A program made the translations under genes and the position numbers. A stretch of 64,000 nucleotides of DNA from Lingula anatina (lineage: Eukaryota > Animalia > Brachiopoda). The notes below the pieces were generated by a model, which was not told where the DNA came from, searched no databases, and worked only from the letters and a program-made list of their open reading frames with translations. The stretch lies in NCBI GenBank assembly GCA_051362555.1, contig CM120644.1, positions 6,084,954-6,148,953 of the forward strand. Direction: 5' to 3'. This document shows, piece after piece, positions 13,036-25,800 of the stretch (position 1 is the first letter of the stretch; each line of letters begins with the position of its first letter).

Positions 13036-15607
13036 GAAGAAAAACGATTAAAAAACAATCATATGATTATGCAAACCGATTATCGCCAAGTCACAATTAA
13101 AAACTTTGTTAAATGCATACATTTATAGTAAACAATTAGTAAACACTTTAAAAATGAATGAATAAAAAAAACAATATGTATGCCGACCAATAATACACAA
13201 AAAACATAGGGAGCATTCAGATAGACACATCGTGTTTGTTGGATCGGTCCAATTCTGTGGGGCTCTCACTAACTGCAATCGACTACACTAAATGACACGT
13301 CTCCTTGGGTAGTTAAGGAGCAACTAATTTTCTTGTCAGCTCTGCTGAACTACCCTCCAGCTGCTCTTGGGAGGCGTGTCAGACAATAAACCTAATTCTA
13401 CTGATTGCACTTAGCGAAAATCCCCGCATGGTTACACCTATCCGATGACGTGACAGACCCTACGCTGTGTCTCTCTGAATGGGGTCACATAGTTCCTTAC
13501 ATCTACAGGTAGGATAGCCCGTTCGTCAGTGCCGCGAAGTACGGAAAGGAGGCGGGAACCTGAAATCAAATAATTGTAGAAAACTATTACTATTTTACAA
13601 CAAATATATGTGATGTAGATGTCAGTGTTTCGATGAACAAGTATTCAACTCTCACAATATGTTGAAAATATCGGCCATGGTTACTATTATAAAAAAAATA
13701 ATAACTACAGTATTTATTTGTTTCTTGACGAGAATAGAAGAGTCTCGTTAATGATAGTTACTCAAGAGTCTAAGCAATAAATAAATAGATCGAAAATTAA
13801 AACAGTAACCAACAACTTATCTTGCAAACTCAAACAAACTGTTACTGTTTTCGAACCCAAACATTTACAGAAATCATATACATCACATAAATTACATGTA
13901 TTTGAGTTTCAGCAGTGTATTTCACACACGCTTTTCACAAGCGTAATTATGTTCACACGTCTTCTACGTTGACACCCTTTCCAATTTTTTATAAAATGAA
14001 TTTCTTTTCATTGTTTTAGATTGTATTTGCGGTGCAATTTTAGCTGGGGACGTAACTCTCAAGAGCTGATTGCCACTATACCATAGTGAACATACGTTAT
14101 TAACGTAAGGTTGTGAATATAAAATATAAAATTGTGAATGCCATGTTGTTAAATGCATACAATGTAGGATTGCAAAGTCATTCCAAGTGCATGGATCGCT
14201 TATTGTTGAACTTATCTGAGGACAATAATAACTTTTAAAACATAAAATTATAGACAAATGGCCTCGCCTTCGCCGCCACCTTTCTAACATCGGTAGCCAG
14301 CCATCTTGACACAGTTTGTAAAAAGAGCGAATCACGGCACGAGGGTCCTGCGATATCTGGAAGTCGAGTTAATGGAATAAATGGTGTATCTGGATAACCT
14401 CCACTTATGCGCAGGTTTTGATCTTTGGCCTTTTACCAAAAGTGTGTCAGAGTCAAGTGATTTCTAGACCAGCAAACACGACACGTTCGGATCACGTGGC
14501 TAACACGTTGCTACCACATTATAACGTCATAGCAACGTGCCAGCCACGTGATCCGAACGTGACGTACTTGCTGTTCAGGAACGGATATTAAATGTTGGTA
14601 AATCTTGAGGAAAATGCCGTTTACCCCGGGATAATTCGTTTAGTATGGTTTTTGGCTCAAGAAATTCTCCTTTATGCACCATTAACTGTGAAATGCTTCT
14701 ATTCATACTCTAAAACAAAATTCAAAGGAAAGGTGCACATGGTATGTCGTGAGGCCTGGCTTAGAGATGCGCTTATCTGCAAAGTAAAGCGGGTAGGATA
14801 GGCCTTAAAGTCATGTCGGTATAGCCTTCTGGTATCAGCCTAACCTCTGATAACAGGTCAATTTTCAGATTTGCAATTCTCATCGACGTTTATGGCAGTT
14901 TTTTAAGAGAATAGCCGGAGGGGATGGACAAAAAATATACAGAACGATAAAACATAACATTATATGAAGTGTGTAGTTGCATGATATAAAAAAAAAGAAA
15001 TTGTTCCCTAACAATTTTGCCCCTTATTTTCTGGCACTTTTCTGGCGTTTATATAATCATGGATTAGTTATTTATTCATTTCCAGGATTATATAAACGTG
15101 GCAAAATAATACATAGTCAGACATCGCAATTGTAGTAATCAAAACTGCTTAATTCCCCAAAACTGTAAATAATGAAATTCAAACAAAGTTTTTTTGCGCA
15201 AGAATTCAAAATTATAATACAACGGAACTGGAAACTTTGTGCTTTTTGAAAGATTGAACAAAATGGTCGTCACCACAACGATTTAAGTAAGGGAAGGATG
15301 TTTTTATTTTCTTTTCCTATTATTTGCATACTATGACTATTTAACTTTCTTACCTCAGAATTTCTTGTTAAAACCAACCATATTAAGTCCAAACATTTTT
15401 TCAAATCCAAAACGAAAGCAAAACAGTACAGATTTAAAAAAAATCACAAAGGGTCAATTAAGCACATATGTTAGCATACTGCCTTGGTTACTTTTTACTT
15501 ACTTCTGGTAAAGGAAAAAAAAGAAAAAACTCACCGCGTGTTTCCTTGGCCCCGTTCGCTATGTCACAAACAAAGCACACAACGACGCACAGCAAGAACG
15601 CTCTCAT
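6499..15607 (-). CDS. Micro-exon gene A: secreted Cys/Pro-rich prepropeptide, 12 exons, 121 aa
   Basis: Exons (all GT-AG): 15607-15535 MRAFLLCVVVCFVCDIANGAKETR; 13559-13501 GSRLLSVLRGTDERAILPVD; 12940-12923 PSPCLG; 12587-12567 GSCIPFS; 12303-12286 TIVPNE; 11966-11943 LPCSRYPW; 11571-11548 IPCDWPLP; 11272-11249 TTKPWPNK; 10896-10876 LECLLYP; 10560-10537 ILCLDPIP; 10285-10268 TINPNV; 6540-6499 VDLSGKISDLLGR*. Phases join without a stop; hydrophobic N-terminus; AATAAA on the minus strand at 6451-6456. The last exon is the least certain (3.7 kb intron). Confidence 0.8.
6890..7490. repeat. Five tandem 109-bp units (left subterminal array)
   Basis: GAAACTATGT recurs at 6931, 7040, 7149, 7258 and 7367. 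Confidence 0.92.
9370..9660. repeat. About 61-bp tandem units (right subterminal array)
   Basis: GTTGATCTAT recurs five times at roughly 60-61 bp spacing. Confidence 0.85.
10180..12960. repeat. Three diverged tandem units of about 1 kb, each carrying three micro-exons of gene A
   Basis: Shared landmarks AATATAG(T/C)TTCTTACC (10522, 11533, 12552 approx.), AATATGGTTA..ATTTGATC, and CTGAAG/AAAAGGC repeat at about 1 kb period. Confidence 0.88.
12962..13032. repeat. (TA)n(TG)n microsatellite
   Basis: Direct reading. Confidence 0.95.
14469..14573. mobile_element. Small hairpin MITE in intron 1 of gene A
   Basis: CACGTTCGGATCACGTGGCT...AGCCACGTGATCCGAACGTG inverted repeat with CCAGCA-like ends. 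Confidence 0.7.
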
Positions 15608-16050
15608 CCTGCTGCAGGCTCTTCCTCAAAAGTATGAACGTCAGAACTGCAACGAGCACCTGGGAGCCCAGAGTTGATTTAAATAGTCACATAAAATACA
15701 TGCCCACGCAATATAAACGGGAAGACCGACCCCTCGTCACACGTACGTGTACGTGCCATTATGCAGGTTTGCCCGAAAACTGGTTTAAAGGAACTTAAAC
15801 ATCTGGGCGCGTTTATCTAAGGAGATGCGACAATGCAGAGCAATAATAACGTAAAAAACCATACTGTGTTGCACACTGGAAAAGTTCTGATAGCTATACA
15901 GCTATATGATAAGCAAAATAGAAAACTGAGCCACGAAAAATACGAGTATTTTATTAGTAGACGGAAATACAAAAGGTGATCTTATAAGTTTTAGACCCTT
16001 TGTAATGAATAAGGTACCATCTCTACACCTTCGTGTAATATTTCATCTTA

Positions 16051-16352
16051 AGGCCTAGTCACAATGTAGGCGATCTGTCGGGGATAAGTTTTGGCCGGGG
16101 GTCGTCGTAGAAAATAAAGAATCCTTGAACAATCCTAGCAATAATCCTAATAAAAGTGAAGCAGTCACATTGTCTGAGATTTTTTCAAGGATTTTGACCC
16201 GGTTTTGTCGAAAAATCGTGGGATTAGCCTCCGATCGCCTCCGATTGCATCGGAGGCGATCGGAGACGATTTCTGAGAGCGTCTTTTCTTGTAATTTTTT
16301 CCCCCTGGGTATATGTGGGGGAAAAGGAGGGTTTTCTGACCTCGGTCATCTG

Positions 16353-16399
<47 letters not shown>

Positions 16400-16879
16400 A
16401 TTATTATATATATACACGGCGATTTACTACGATTCCACCGTACGATTCGTCGGAGACGATCACATAAAGCGTACGAATCGTCGCAGGGCGCCTCCGATTC
16501 AGTCGGAGGGCGCCGGAGACTACTCGCAGACATTGAATCTCAACCTGATTTTCCAATCCCACACAGAATCTTGCGACTAGTCTCAGATTATTCGGAGGAC
16601 GCCTCCGATTAATCGAAGGGCATCGTAGGTCATCGGAGATTGTGTCTGGGATGCCCAAAATGGGTGAAAAATCTTGCGAGCAATCTTAAAATTTTAAGTT
16701 CAAAGTTGGGGACCGCGACGGGTGTGGCGATGTCTAAAAAATCTGCAACAACCCGCAGGCGTCCGGAGAGCGCCTCCGACGGGTGCAAAATCGTGAGATC
16801 TGTCTCAAGATTTTGTTCAAATTTCCCGGGTTTTACTCATCCCCGACGCATCGCAACTGATTTGTGACTGCATGGGCCT
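16051..16879. mobile_element. PIF/Harbinger-type MITE upstream of micro-exon gene A
   Basis: Imperfect TIR AGGCCTAGTCACAA / TTGTGACTGCATGGGCCT flanked by TTA; CpG-rich interior with repeated TCGGAG/CTCCGA motifs and a (TA)n tract. Confidence 0.68.
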
Positions 16880-17640
16880 TTAATATTCAGGTTAACAGTC
16901 CGAGCCGCTGTTATTGTTTTGTTTTGCTGAGTGCTGGGGGTACCTTTGTTTTGGTACAAATATGCATGTTCCTTTCAAAGATCAGCAACGTCGATTTATT
17001 TCGACAAAGTTAATTGAATTTTTGTTGTTTATGCATGTACGTTCACCTATAAGTGGCAAATCGTTTCTTACTTCATACATGTATTTTCTGGAGAGATATA
17101 TTAAAAAAGACTGTTCCGTTTTAAATTCAGCATCATTGGGTTATTTCATTTGCCTTGTATATATTTGACACAATTGACCCAAAAGTGGCAAACCTATCTT
17201 AAGTTAAGTTAAGGAGTTATTAGCCGTTAATTACAAAGTTTCATAAAAAATATGGCGTTATTTTCCTTTATCGACGCCAAAATGTGTGAACTAGACTTTT
17301 ACGAAGAATTGCTTGCAAGGTTTTAGAGCACTAATTTGAGAAACCGGGTTTTTTTCAATTTTTACCCCAAACTCGCAATTATGACGTCACCCATATGATG
17401 GCATGCGTATATATATATATTTTTAATTTAGTAACTGAACATTGAATGTATGCACGGCAGAAAATATGGAGTTTTTTGGCAAACGCTTATATTATCTTTA
17501 AGTCGGTCACTGTAAATGATGCAAAATTGGATGTTTTTTCAATAAATATTGGATGTTGCTGTATTATTTCAAGATAGAACAGTGGAAGGGCTCTTTCCCA
17601 TATTTATGTCAATGTATTAAGCTCCGCTAGCGTTTCGTGA

Positions 17641-17713
17641 GGTTCAATAGTGTAGTGACCATCACGCTCGTCTCACACGCGAGAGGTCCTGGGTTCGAAC
17701 CCCAGTTGAACCA
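17641..17713 (+). tRNA. tRNA-Val(CAC) or tRNA-Val-derived copy
   Basis: Acceptor stem GGTTCAA/TTGAACC, anticodon arm CTCGT-CTCACAC-GCGAG, T arm CTGGG-TTCGAAC-CCCAG, T-run terminator just downstream; D-loop lacks the invariant GG. Confidence 0.75.
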
Positions 17714-18959
17714 GCTATATGTTTTTTTTACATGAAGTTTTAGGACAGGTCTGAATGTTCAGGAAATAACACAAAGAAAGTGTGCATAGATATTTTCGTC
17801 TAAATGAGCCTCGACTTATTTTAACCTTTTAAAAAGGTAGAATTGTTAAAGGCCGGACCTACTCTACATTTCTCGCGAGGCCAGCAGTATGGCGCGTGAA
17901 AATGTATCTACTACTGTACGTGCGGCGGGCTTTTCTAACTGCCTTCACAAAAGCATGTATAAAGTTTTAGCCACAATATTTAGAGAAAAAAGAAATTGCA
18001 CCAGTACTGTAAATGTTAACAGTCGCGTTTAAGGTCAGGGCGAAAGAATCTTACAGAGCAATTTTTTCTCATGCTGTGTGCTTTTAATTTCAGAAAAAAT
18101 GAAAATTTCACAAAATGCATATCGCCATTTTCTGTTTTCAATAATAATTGTTGCAAGTCAGTTTACGTTGATCATATCAAATATGTTTTTTTTTTCTTTT
18201 TTTTTTTGTGCTATCGAATTAATATATCAGTACAGTATTACCATGCATCCAGCACAACAGTTCTCTAAACCCGTTACACTTGGAACGGTGAGGTGACTTA
18301 CGTGTACACTCGTTCAATTTCTTTAAATAAATCCATATCAAATTAAATTTGTTCAGTTGGCATTGGCAGATTCATAGTGATAAAATCAACCTCTCGTTTT
18401 TCCTGAAGCCTTATAACAACATATAAAAATGGTACCGGTTAATAAAGGAACTCTGCATGCCTTTGAAAACCCCTCAGATTCAAATCTATATCCTTGAAAG
18501 TTTATTATATTTCCCAATTTATACCTTAACGACGATAAAAGACCCCTTAAATTATGTGAAATAAACGTTTATCTGAAGCGTACCTAGTGTCGCTACTGTC
18601 TTTTCAGCTTTTATAGCAGGTCGCAACGTCTGTATTACAGTGATACAGGACCGTGATACAAACATCACCCCTTTTTCCTGTCTGAAAATGAGGCCATGAA
18701 GATGAAAATCGCGAAGGCTATGTCTTTCTACTGGACTGGCCAGTCATTTAAAAACTAAATCAATGAAATTAAACGTGGAATAAGACACCAAATACAAAGG
18801 CAGGGACGGGTTGAGGCTGAGTCGTAATTGGTATAAAATTTCCCTTTAACACTGGAAAATTCATCATTGCGGATAAATTCCACGGAGAGTTCCTTTACAG
18901 ATAATTTCGCCAGATATACTTTGCAAAATGGATGGCTCGCGTGTATGCTATCCTCATAG

Positions 18960-21900
18960 CTAAACCAGTGCCTTTTCGCACACATAGCCCCCCACGTTGC
19001 CATTGCAGCTGTAATCATCAAACTCGTAGTCAACAAAATCCCGCCTTCCAATCCAGAGGACCATGCAAGGACCGTTCCCGTCAGGCTGATAGTCTCCGGG
19101 CACGCCCGCCGCCTTCGTCCAGCCATCATAAGCCACTTGTTGCCCTGTAGGTACCCAGAAAAACTGGAGCTTGCGGGCCTCCCTAGAGTTCACTGGCGCC
19201 CCAGTGCGTGTAGTGACGGGGTTAATCGAAAGACGCCGACCCCCCACGTACCATCCAATGAACCTGTTTGGTGGGGTGATGGCTGGAATGAAATTAAAGT
19301 ATTTATTTAGAAGAATGGATTTTATCCAGGGTGAATTTTTGAAAGGTTTAATAACAAAATAAGTTACACCCAAATGCCGATATAAAATCAAATTTAAAAA
19401 AAGATCACATCTGATACATTGACAAATTCATGGTTTTGCTAAATTGGGAAGCAATGTTCAAAATTATTTTCTGTGGCTTTCCACGTTCAAAACTGTAGGC
19501 GCAGACCTGGGTAATTTTACTATTTAGGACCCTGTTTTGGGAAATGCCTTAAGCAGGCAACACAAAACAGGGATGCGTGCCCGCTGTGACCCCCAGATCG
19601 GCCATTGCCCAGGGCTCCGTATCTCGAAAGGTTCGCTATGTTGCTCACGTGCGCAAGCGTCCCGATTCCATAACCGATTCTATTTCGAGATACGGGGCCA
19701 TGGAATCGAGACACTTTAGCACGTGCGCAAGCGTCTCGATTCCATGGCCCCGTATCTCGAAATAGAATCGGTTATGGAATGGAGACACTTGCGCACATGC
19801 GCAACATTGCGAACCTTTCGAGATACGGAGCCCAAATCCATTATACCCCGTTCACACTACGCTCAGTTATCCGGATAAATTGCGAATTAGGTCACAATTC
19901 GAATAAATGCAGTAGTGTGAACGCAAGAGGATTTTTGTAATGCGCATTTTCAAAATCCTGCAAGCGAGGTGGATTTCTAAGCGCGATCCGGATAACTTAC
20001 CGGAATCGACACCTTTACAGATCTTACTGCGCATGTGTGCAGATAAGTGCGGATATCTATAAACGCTTGTTTATTACTTTAGCGATTGCACCAAACGTAT
20101 TTGGAGGTCACCACTCACTACAACATGAGGAAACAAACTTATTTTGCCACCTTGTACTTCTCAAGAATGCTGGAATGTCTTTTGAGTTGCATTTGTCGTC
20201 ACAAATTTTTGTTGGTATTTTAAGATTTCCTGTGCGGCGCATGCGCGAGTGTTCAAAACAGGAAGTTAAACCTGAAATTTTCAACATGGGATTCGGATTC
20301 GCTTAGCGAGTGTGAACGCAATACCGAATCGGATTCCTTATGAAAAATCCGAATTATAGAAATGCGCATTTTGGCAACTGTAGTGTGAATGGGGTATTAG
20401 TTACATAAGTTAATGATGAAATGAAGACAAAAAATTTATTCGCATTTTAGTTTCGGAACGAGCTCTTATTGTTTTGAGAATTTTGTTCTTTGTCGAGGAG
20501 AGGAGTTTGCCAGTCATATACAGTAAAAATATTTATTTACTTACGTCTTAGGTTAGTCTTGATAAACTCGTGCTCTTCGCTGGTCTCTATGGAAACGAGG
20601 TCAGCGGACGCATTTTGGCAAATTGCCCTGGACAACGCCCAAGATGGCGACCTCCCGGACACGGTAATAAACGAATAACAGGAGTTACCGAAAACACCAA
20701 ACCCAGGTGGGCAACCTAAGCAAGAAAACGATAAGTGGATTCTAGCATAAGTGTTTCATTTTGGAACAAAACGTACATCTCCAGTCTTAATTATCAGTCA
20801 AAATATATCTGTAATAAATGTATGCTTAAACCATTTCGTGGAAATATTTTTGTTTGGCAAATACTAACTTCGTCCTCTACGGGTATCATAAAAGATCCCA
20901 TCGTAATGGTATACAGCAATAAATAGATGAAAAAAACACCTTGTAAAATGTCACGATGTCCGTTAGAAGCCTCTATAGTTTGGCAAAATTCCAATATGAG
21001 GCAAGAAACATTGTTAAGACACAAAATGCACTTTCGACCATTAGAGCAGAATTTTTGGAACTTCATACTTTTCTCTTTATCGCCAAGGTTTACAGCATCC
21101 AAAACCGTTGAATAAATCGCCATCTAGAATCCCATATCGCGGTCTAAATGCCCATTTTTATAGGCACGATTTAAGTTAACCAGTAAATATCTTAATTTCA
21201 CCAGATGCAGGCTTTCATTTGGTATAGATGTGTGAAAATAGATACTCACAAGATTGAGAATTGGTGCAGGATCGGGTCTGGGTCCCCGCCCCCTGGCATC
21301 CGGGCCCATTATTACACTGTCTTTCTCTTGTGGCAACCCCTGTCCCGCAAGTCTTTGAGCAGGCACTCCAATCCCCCCACGGGCCCCAAAACGGCCTGGG
21401 TCTGCAGTCAGCTGGGTTCCATACGCGCAGGACGCACGGGTTTGAGGAGTCCGGATACGCGGCGGATTCTCCGTACTTTTCTGGCACCTTTGTGCCGGGT
21501 GCGCATGCGTGGAACGTGGGTCGAAGATAACTGGTGCCGTGATATTCACATTGGTAGAATGCGCACGCGTTGCTGTCGTCACGGAGATACTGGTTGCTGA
21601 TGCGGTTTGGGTCGCATTGTCCGACTGAAATAAAGATTCCCCACTGTCAAAATTGAGGCAAGTTTTTGTGCATTAAAATAACAAATTAGCTTTCAGCTAT
21701 TTTCAAAATATATATTCCCTTTTCTTTTGGAAACCATAGCTAAAAGTCTACAAACATAAACGAATCTGGAAGTTGGCTCTTTTTATATTCCGAATACTAT
21801 ATACGGATTGAGTACTTAATTATGAATGTGAGAGACAGGGAGAGAGAGAGAATGAGAGAGATGAAACGTCGAAGAAAAACTTTGAAATACAAAAAAAAAA

Positions 21901-21999
21901 AAAAAAAAAATTCAAAGAGACAGAGAGAGTCTTACCTGGATCAGACAAAATACGACAAAATAGGCCAATCAATACGGTAAATGCGAAGATCGCTGTCAT
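18960..21999 (-). CDS. Secreted multidomain lectin: signal peptide + chitin-binding type-2-like Cys domain + TSP1 + C-type lectin (QPD), 4 exons, about 310 aa
   Basis: Exons 21999-21936 ([21 protein letters not shown]), 21624-21250 ([22 protein letters not shown], then [25 protein letters not shown]), 20715-20545 ([34 protein letters not shown]), 19282-18960 ([24 protein letters not shown]). All introns phase 1 GT-AG, frame open. Confidence 0.88.
19612..19833. mobile_element. Palindromic MITE in lectin intron 3
   Basis: GGGCTCCGTATCTCGAAAGGTTCGC...GCGAACCTTTCGAGATACGGAGCCC, near-complete fold-back. Confidence 0.85.
19844..20396. mobile_element. PIF/Harbinger-type MITE in lectin intron 3
   Basis: TIR TACCCCGTTCACACTAC / GTAGTGTGAATGGGGTA with TTA TSD. 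Confidence 0.8.
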
Positions 22000-22039
22000 C
22001 TCAACGGTGCAATCGAATACAGATATTCTCTCAACGTTC

Positions 22040-22046
22040 TTTTATA
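22040..22046 (-). promoter_or_regulatory. Candidate TATA box of the lectin gene
   Basis: TATAAAA on the minus strand about 40 nt upstream of the ATG at 21999. Confidence 0.4.
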
Positions 22047-23497
22047 CGCTTCCCATCACATCCAAATGGCTTTTGATGGTAAATCAATAAAACAATCAAA
22101 CCATAAAATATACGAAAACACCTTCATTCGATCACTTGAGAACTGTTTACAAGCCACTTCGTCCATCTATATTTTCTAAAGTGACGTAAAATGGGCTTGT
22201 CTCAAAAAGAGGAGAAAGAAATAAAATCTATTTTCAGCTATACCGGTACGTGACACTCTTGGACCTGATGTCGTGTACGGGAAAGTCCATGTAATACAGT
22301 TCCTGGTTCCCATTGATTTGTACAAGACCCACTTACGTTCAAGATAGCCCTAACCTGTATGAATTTGGAGAGCGTTACACAGACTCCCAGTTTCGTCATA
22401 TAAGACATATCATTCAATTTTTTTAAATCCTATTGATTAAATTTCAAGCAGGGTCAGTTTCATATAAGATCTTTTGTCGGAGCGAAAGACCCTGCTTTAA
22501 ACATGTACATTGTAGACTTAACATTTGACCCAAGATGTATCAGTAGTTGTCGCTTTATGTGTCACGAAGTGTCAGTTTTATAATAAGAAAGCAATTGTTT
22601 TAGACCGATACTCACAAGTTATCTGTTACAAGTGTAGAGAACATGAACACTTTTATCGTGAACTCTAAGTAATGGGGATAGAAAGATTATAGTCAAAGCG
22701 TTAAGACCAACGTTGAGTGTTAAGTTTTTTTCTCTTTAACTGGCTCATCGTCTCTGTAAAGCTGACAATTGGAGTAAGCTAGGAAGCTTTCCTTCCACCC
22801 CCCCCCCCCCCACCCCCCAACAAGCTAGAGGGCCTCTTGACTCGATTTGGTGACATCGCGTTACCCCATACCTTGTTGTTTATCTCTAGTTAATGGCTTT
22901 ATGACAGAAATAGTTAAACAATAAGCTAAACTACTCTACTAGTCATAGCAGCTATCTAAACAACTTCCGGTTGCCAACGTTGATCAATCAGAAATAGATA
23001 CTACCTGTAAGTTAAAATATCGACACTCACGATCGCTGTGCGTAACTGCTATTTTGGTTGCTTATTTACTACTTATTTCAGTCACAACTATTAGAGTTTA
23101 TGGCGTTGTTGTTTTCTTCGTTTGTTTTAAAGCTCCAGGTTGCGAGCGTTTTAAAACTGTGCCAAGGGTGTTGGCAATTGGAGGGGGCGATGGATTATTT
23201 TGGTAATATTAATTAATGATATTTATCTTTAATAAAAAAGGCAAAAAAAAATTTTTCTTACCCGGTGAAATTAGGATTTTCCTGAGGACATAAAACTGTA
23301 TTTTCAGAAGTTATTATTTTTTTCTTCTTATTTTATTTGTTTATTTTTTAATTCTTTTAATTAATTAATAAATTTATTTATTTATATTTTTTATTTATTT
23401 ATTTTTTTTTTTTGCATTGCTTCCTTTGGCAAATATGAAATTGTAGACAGAAGGGATTTTACTGTGATTTTAATATGTAGGACACATGAATGAAGTA

Positions 23498-23498
<1 letters not shown>

Positions 23499-23565
<67 letters not shown>
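23499..23565. repeat. (TTA)n microsatellite upstream of gene B
   Basis: Direct reading. Confidence 0.95.
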
Positions 23566-23934
23566 GCTATTTTCTCTTTACATAAACTTTATACAATGAC
23601 TGCTGAGTACCGCTGAAACTAAAAGAAGGCATATGGTTGACTCCTCCCCTCCACCCCCCCCACCCCCACCCCCCCATTCTTCCCGTGTATTAGCTCACGT
23701 ATTAGAAGAGACTTGGCCTTTAGACTTTATCAGCTGGGCGTCATGTAAGGTTAGAAACAAGGACGTGAGTGATCTAAAACTGTGGCATAAATAAATTCAA
23801 GGCCAGATAACGTGCTCTTCATCGAGTTTAAGTGTAAAGTCGTGCCAAGCAATAATTCGTGATAAGGAAGAAATTAAGTTTTTTATTAAGGAAATTCAAA
23901 TTTACGGATAGGACTTTTACGCTTCACCTTACTT

Positions 23935-24425
23935 ATGAATATCAAAATAACTTGGATTTTCATCATTTTGCTGGTTTATGCATCAGCGGTGTTTGTTGGG
24001 AGCAATGTGATCCGTGAACGGAAACCTTCAACTTGTGAGTGCAATTTTTTTAAAGAATAAGTAACAAATACCCCTGTTTCAATATACAAGTGATAAGCTC
24101 TTACTTCAGGTGGGCTTTATTGATAATCCATCAAACTGAGCTGGGCAGTTAGCCTTATAAACATTATTTTTGTTATAAATATTTGATCCAAAAACTATAG
24201 TCTCGCGGGGAGATTTCATTTGGTTTTGACGGCTTAATAAATGGAAAAAACTGATCACCGTGTTACTGTATGTTATTGAAACCCCAATGAGTCACACTGT
24301 AGACGTTAGCAGGGAAATTCTGTCTGATCCAAGATTGCCGGTTGCATATTTATATATATACATAAAATAATAAACGAGGTCAACCTTATCACACACACTC
24401 ACACACATACACACACACACACACT

Positions 24426-24456
<31 letters not shown>

Positions 24457-25754
24457 TAGGAATGTATAAGACTGAGAAATGGACAACCCCCAAACTAAAG
24501 AGGCACGTGAACCACTGTGACCCCCATTTGGTCATTGTGGACATATCCAAATATTGGCTGCTGAAATCTCAGATAACACTCGAACCAAATGTCTAATTTC
24601 AGTGCTCACCCTTGGGCAAAAGCAATGGAAGATTCGATTTATGCATTTATTCCAGCTTCGAAATAAACGCGAGGTAAGCGATTTTTCGTTTTTGTTGTTT
24701 ACGTTTATACATACGTATGTTTGCTTGTGTCAATGTACATTCTTTTATCATTTAAAAATCCATTACAAATATCCCGGTAGCAATTATTGAATTAAATCGC
24801 ATTAAGGTTATTGTTTCGTCTTTTCAAAATAAGAATACCATTTTAATTTGAAATAACTGCCACCCAATTACGATTGTAACAGGTTGGCAATTGAAGGTTG
24901 TTTTCCTTTTTCAGACGAGTCCAAATCTATGGACGTTCCCCCCAAAGGTAAGTACACCTTAGCTCATTTGAAAGAAGCGCCTTATAAGACAATGTTTGGA
25001 CAACAATGTGATAACTTCCTCCGCCAAAAAGTTGTACTTTGTCAGTTTGTCCGTAAGCAACGTTATGCATTATCATAAGAGTAGCAATCCCAACAGTTGG
25101 TGAGTTGGATTCCAACCTGAAACCTTTGTGAGAAACTTCAAAACAGAAGCTCGTACATAACAATGGACTTAGAAACAGTCACTAATAGGAAGTCCATCGG
25201 AACCTGAAAATTGTTTAAGTACGTGGAAATTGGATTTAGAAAAATAAGTAAATTTTAGTCCTTTGCATGATGATTTTATGGCATGAGAGGGCATGTAGAG
25301 TGGGTTAAATGTATGAAAGGATTTCTGATAACTTTATTTATTCATTTTGTATTGATTTATTTTTATTTATCAGTATTCAATTCAATTCATTTCTGTACTG
25401 GTGCATGATTAATCATGACCTTTTGCAATATAATATAATAACAGCAAGACAATTGGTGCATTACCATTCTCTTTATTCACCTTCTTTGCATTCACCTTCT
25501 ATTCTTTGCAGATCACAATTCGAACTTTTCCACCGATTCCAAAGGTACAATGTAGGTTGTAGACGTTGTGGAAGATGCTTAAAGCCAATGTGGTTCTATA
25601 ACATCATGATACATGGCGATAAAAAATCTTAAATCAAAGTATAAAATATAGAATGCCATACTGTACGTCACAGAATGGTTGATCAGTTTCCCATTTATAT
25701 TTCCAGGTGACCATAAAGCCATGGACCATACGTTCTATAGTAAGTTGTGCTGTG

Positions 25755-25800
<46 letters not shown>

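Noticed and set aside
12832-13128. 98-aa ORF with YI/CV repeats
   Set aside because: Microsatellite translation, antisense to gene A.
16125-16867. Several overlapping ORFs
   Set aside because: Fall within a CpG-rich MITE containing a (TA)n tract; no transposase motifs.
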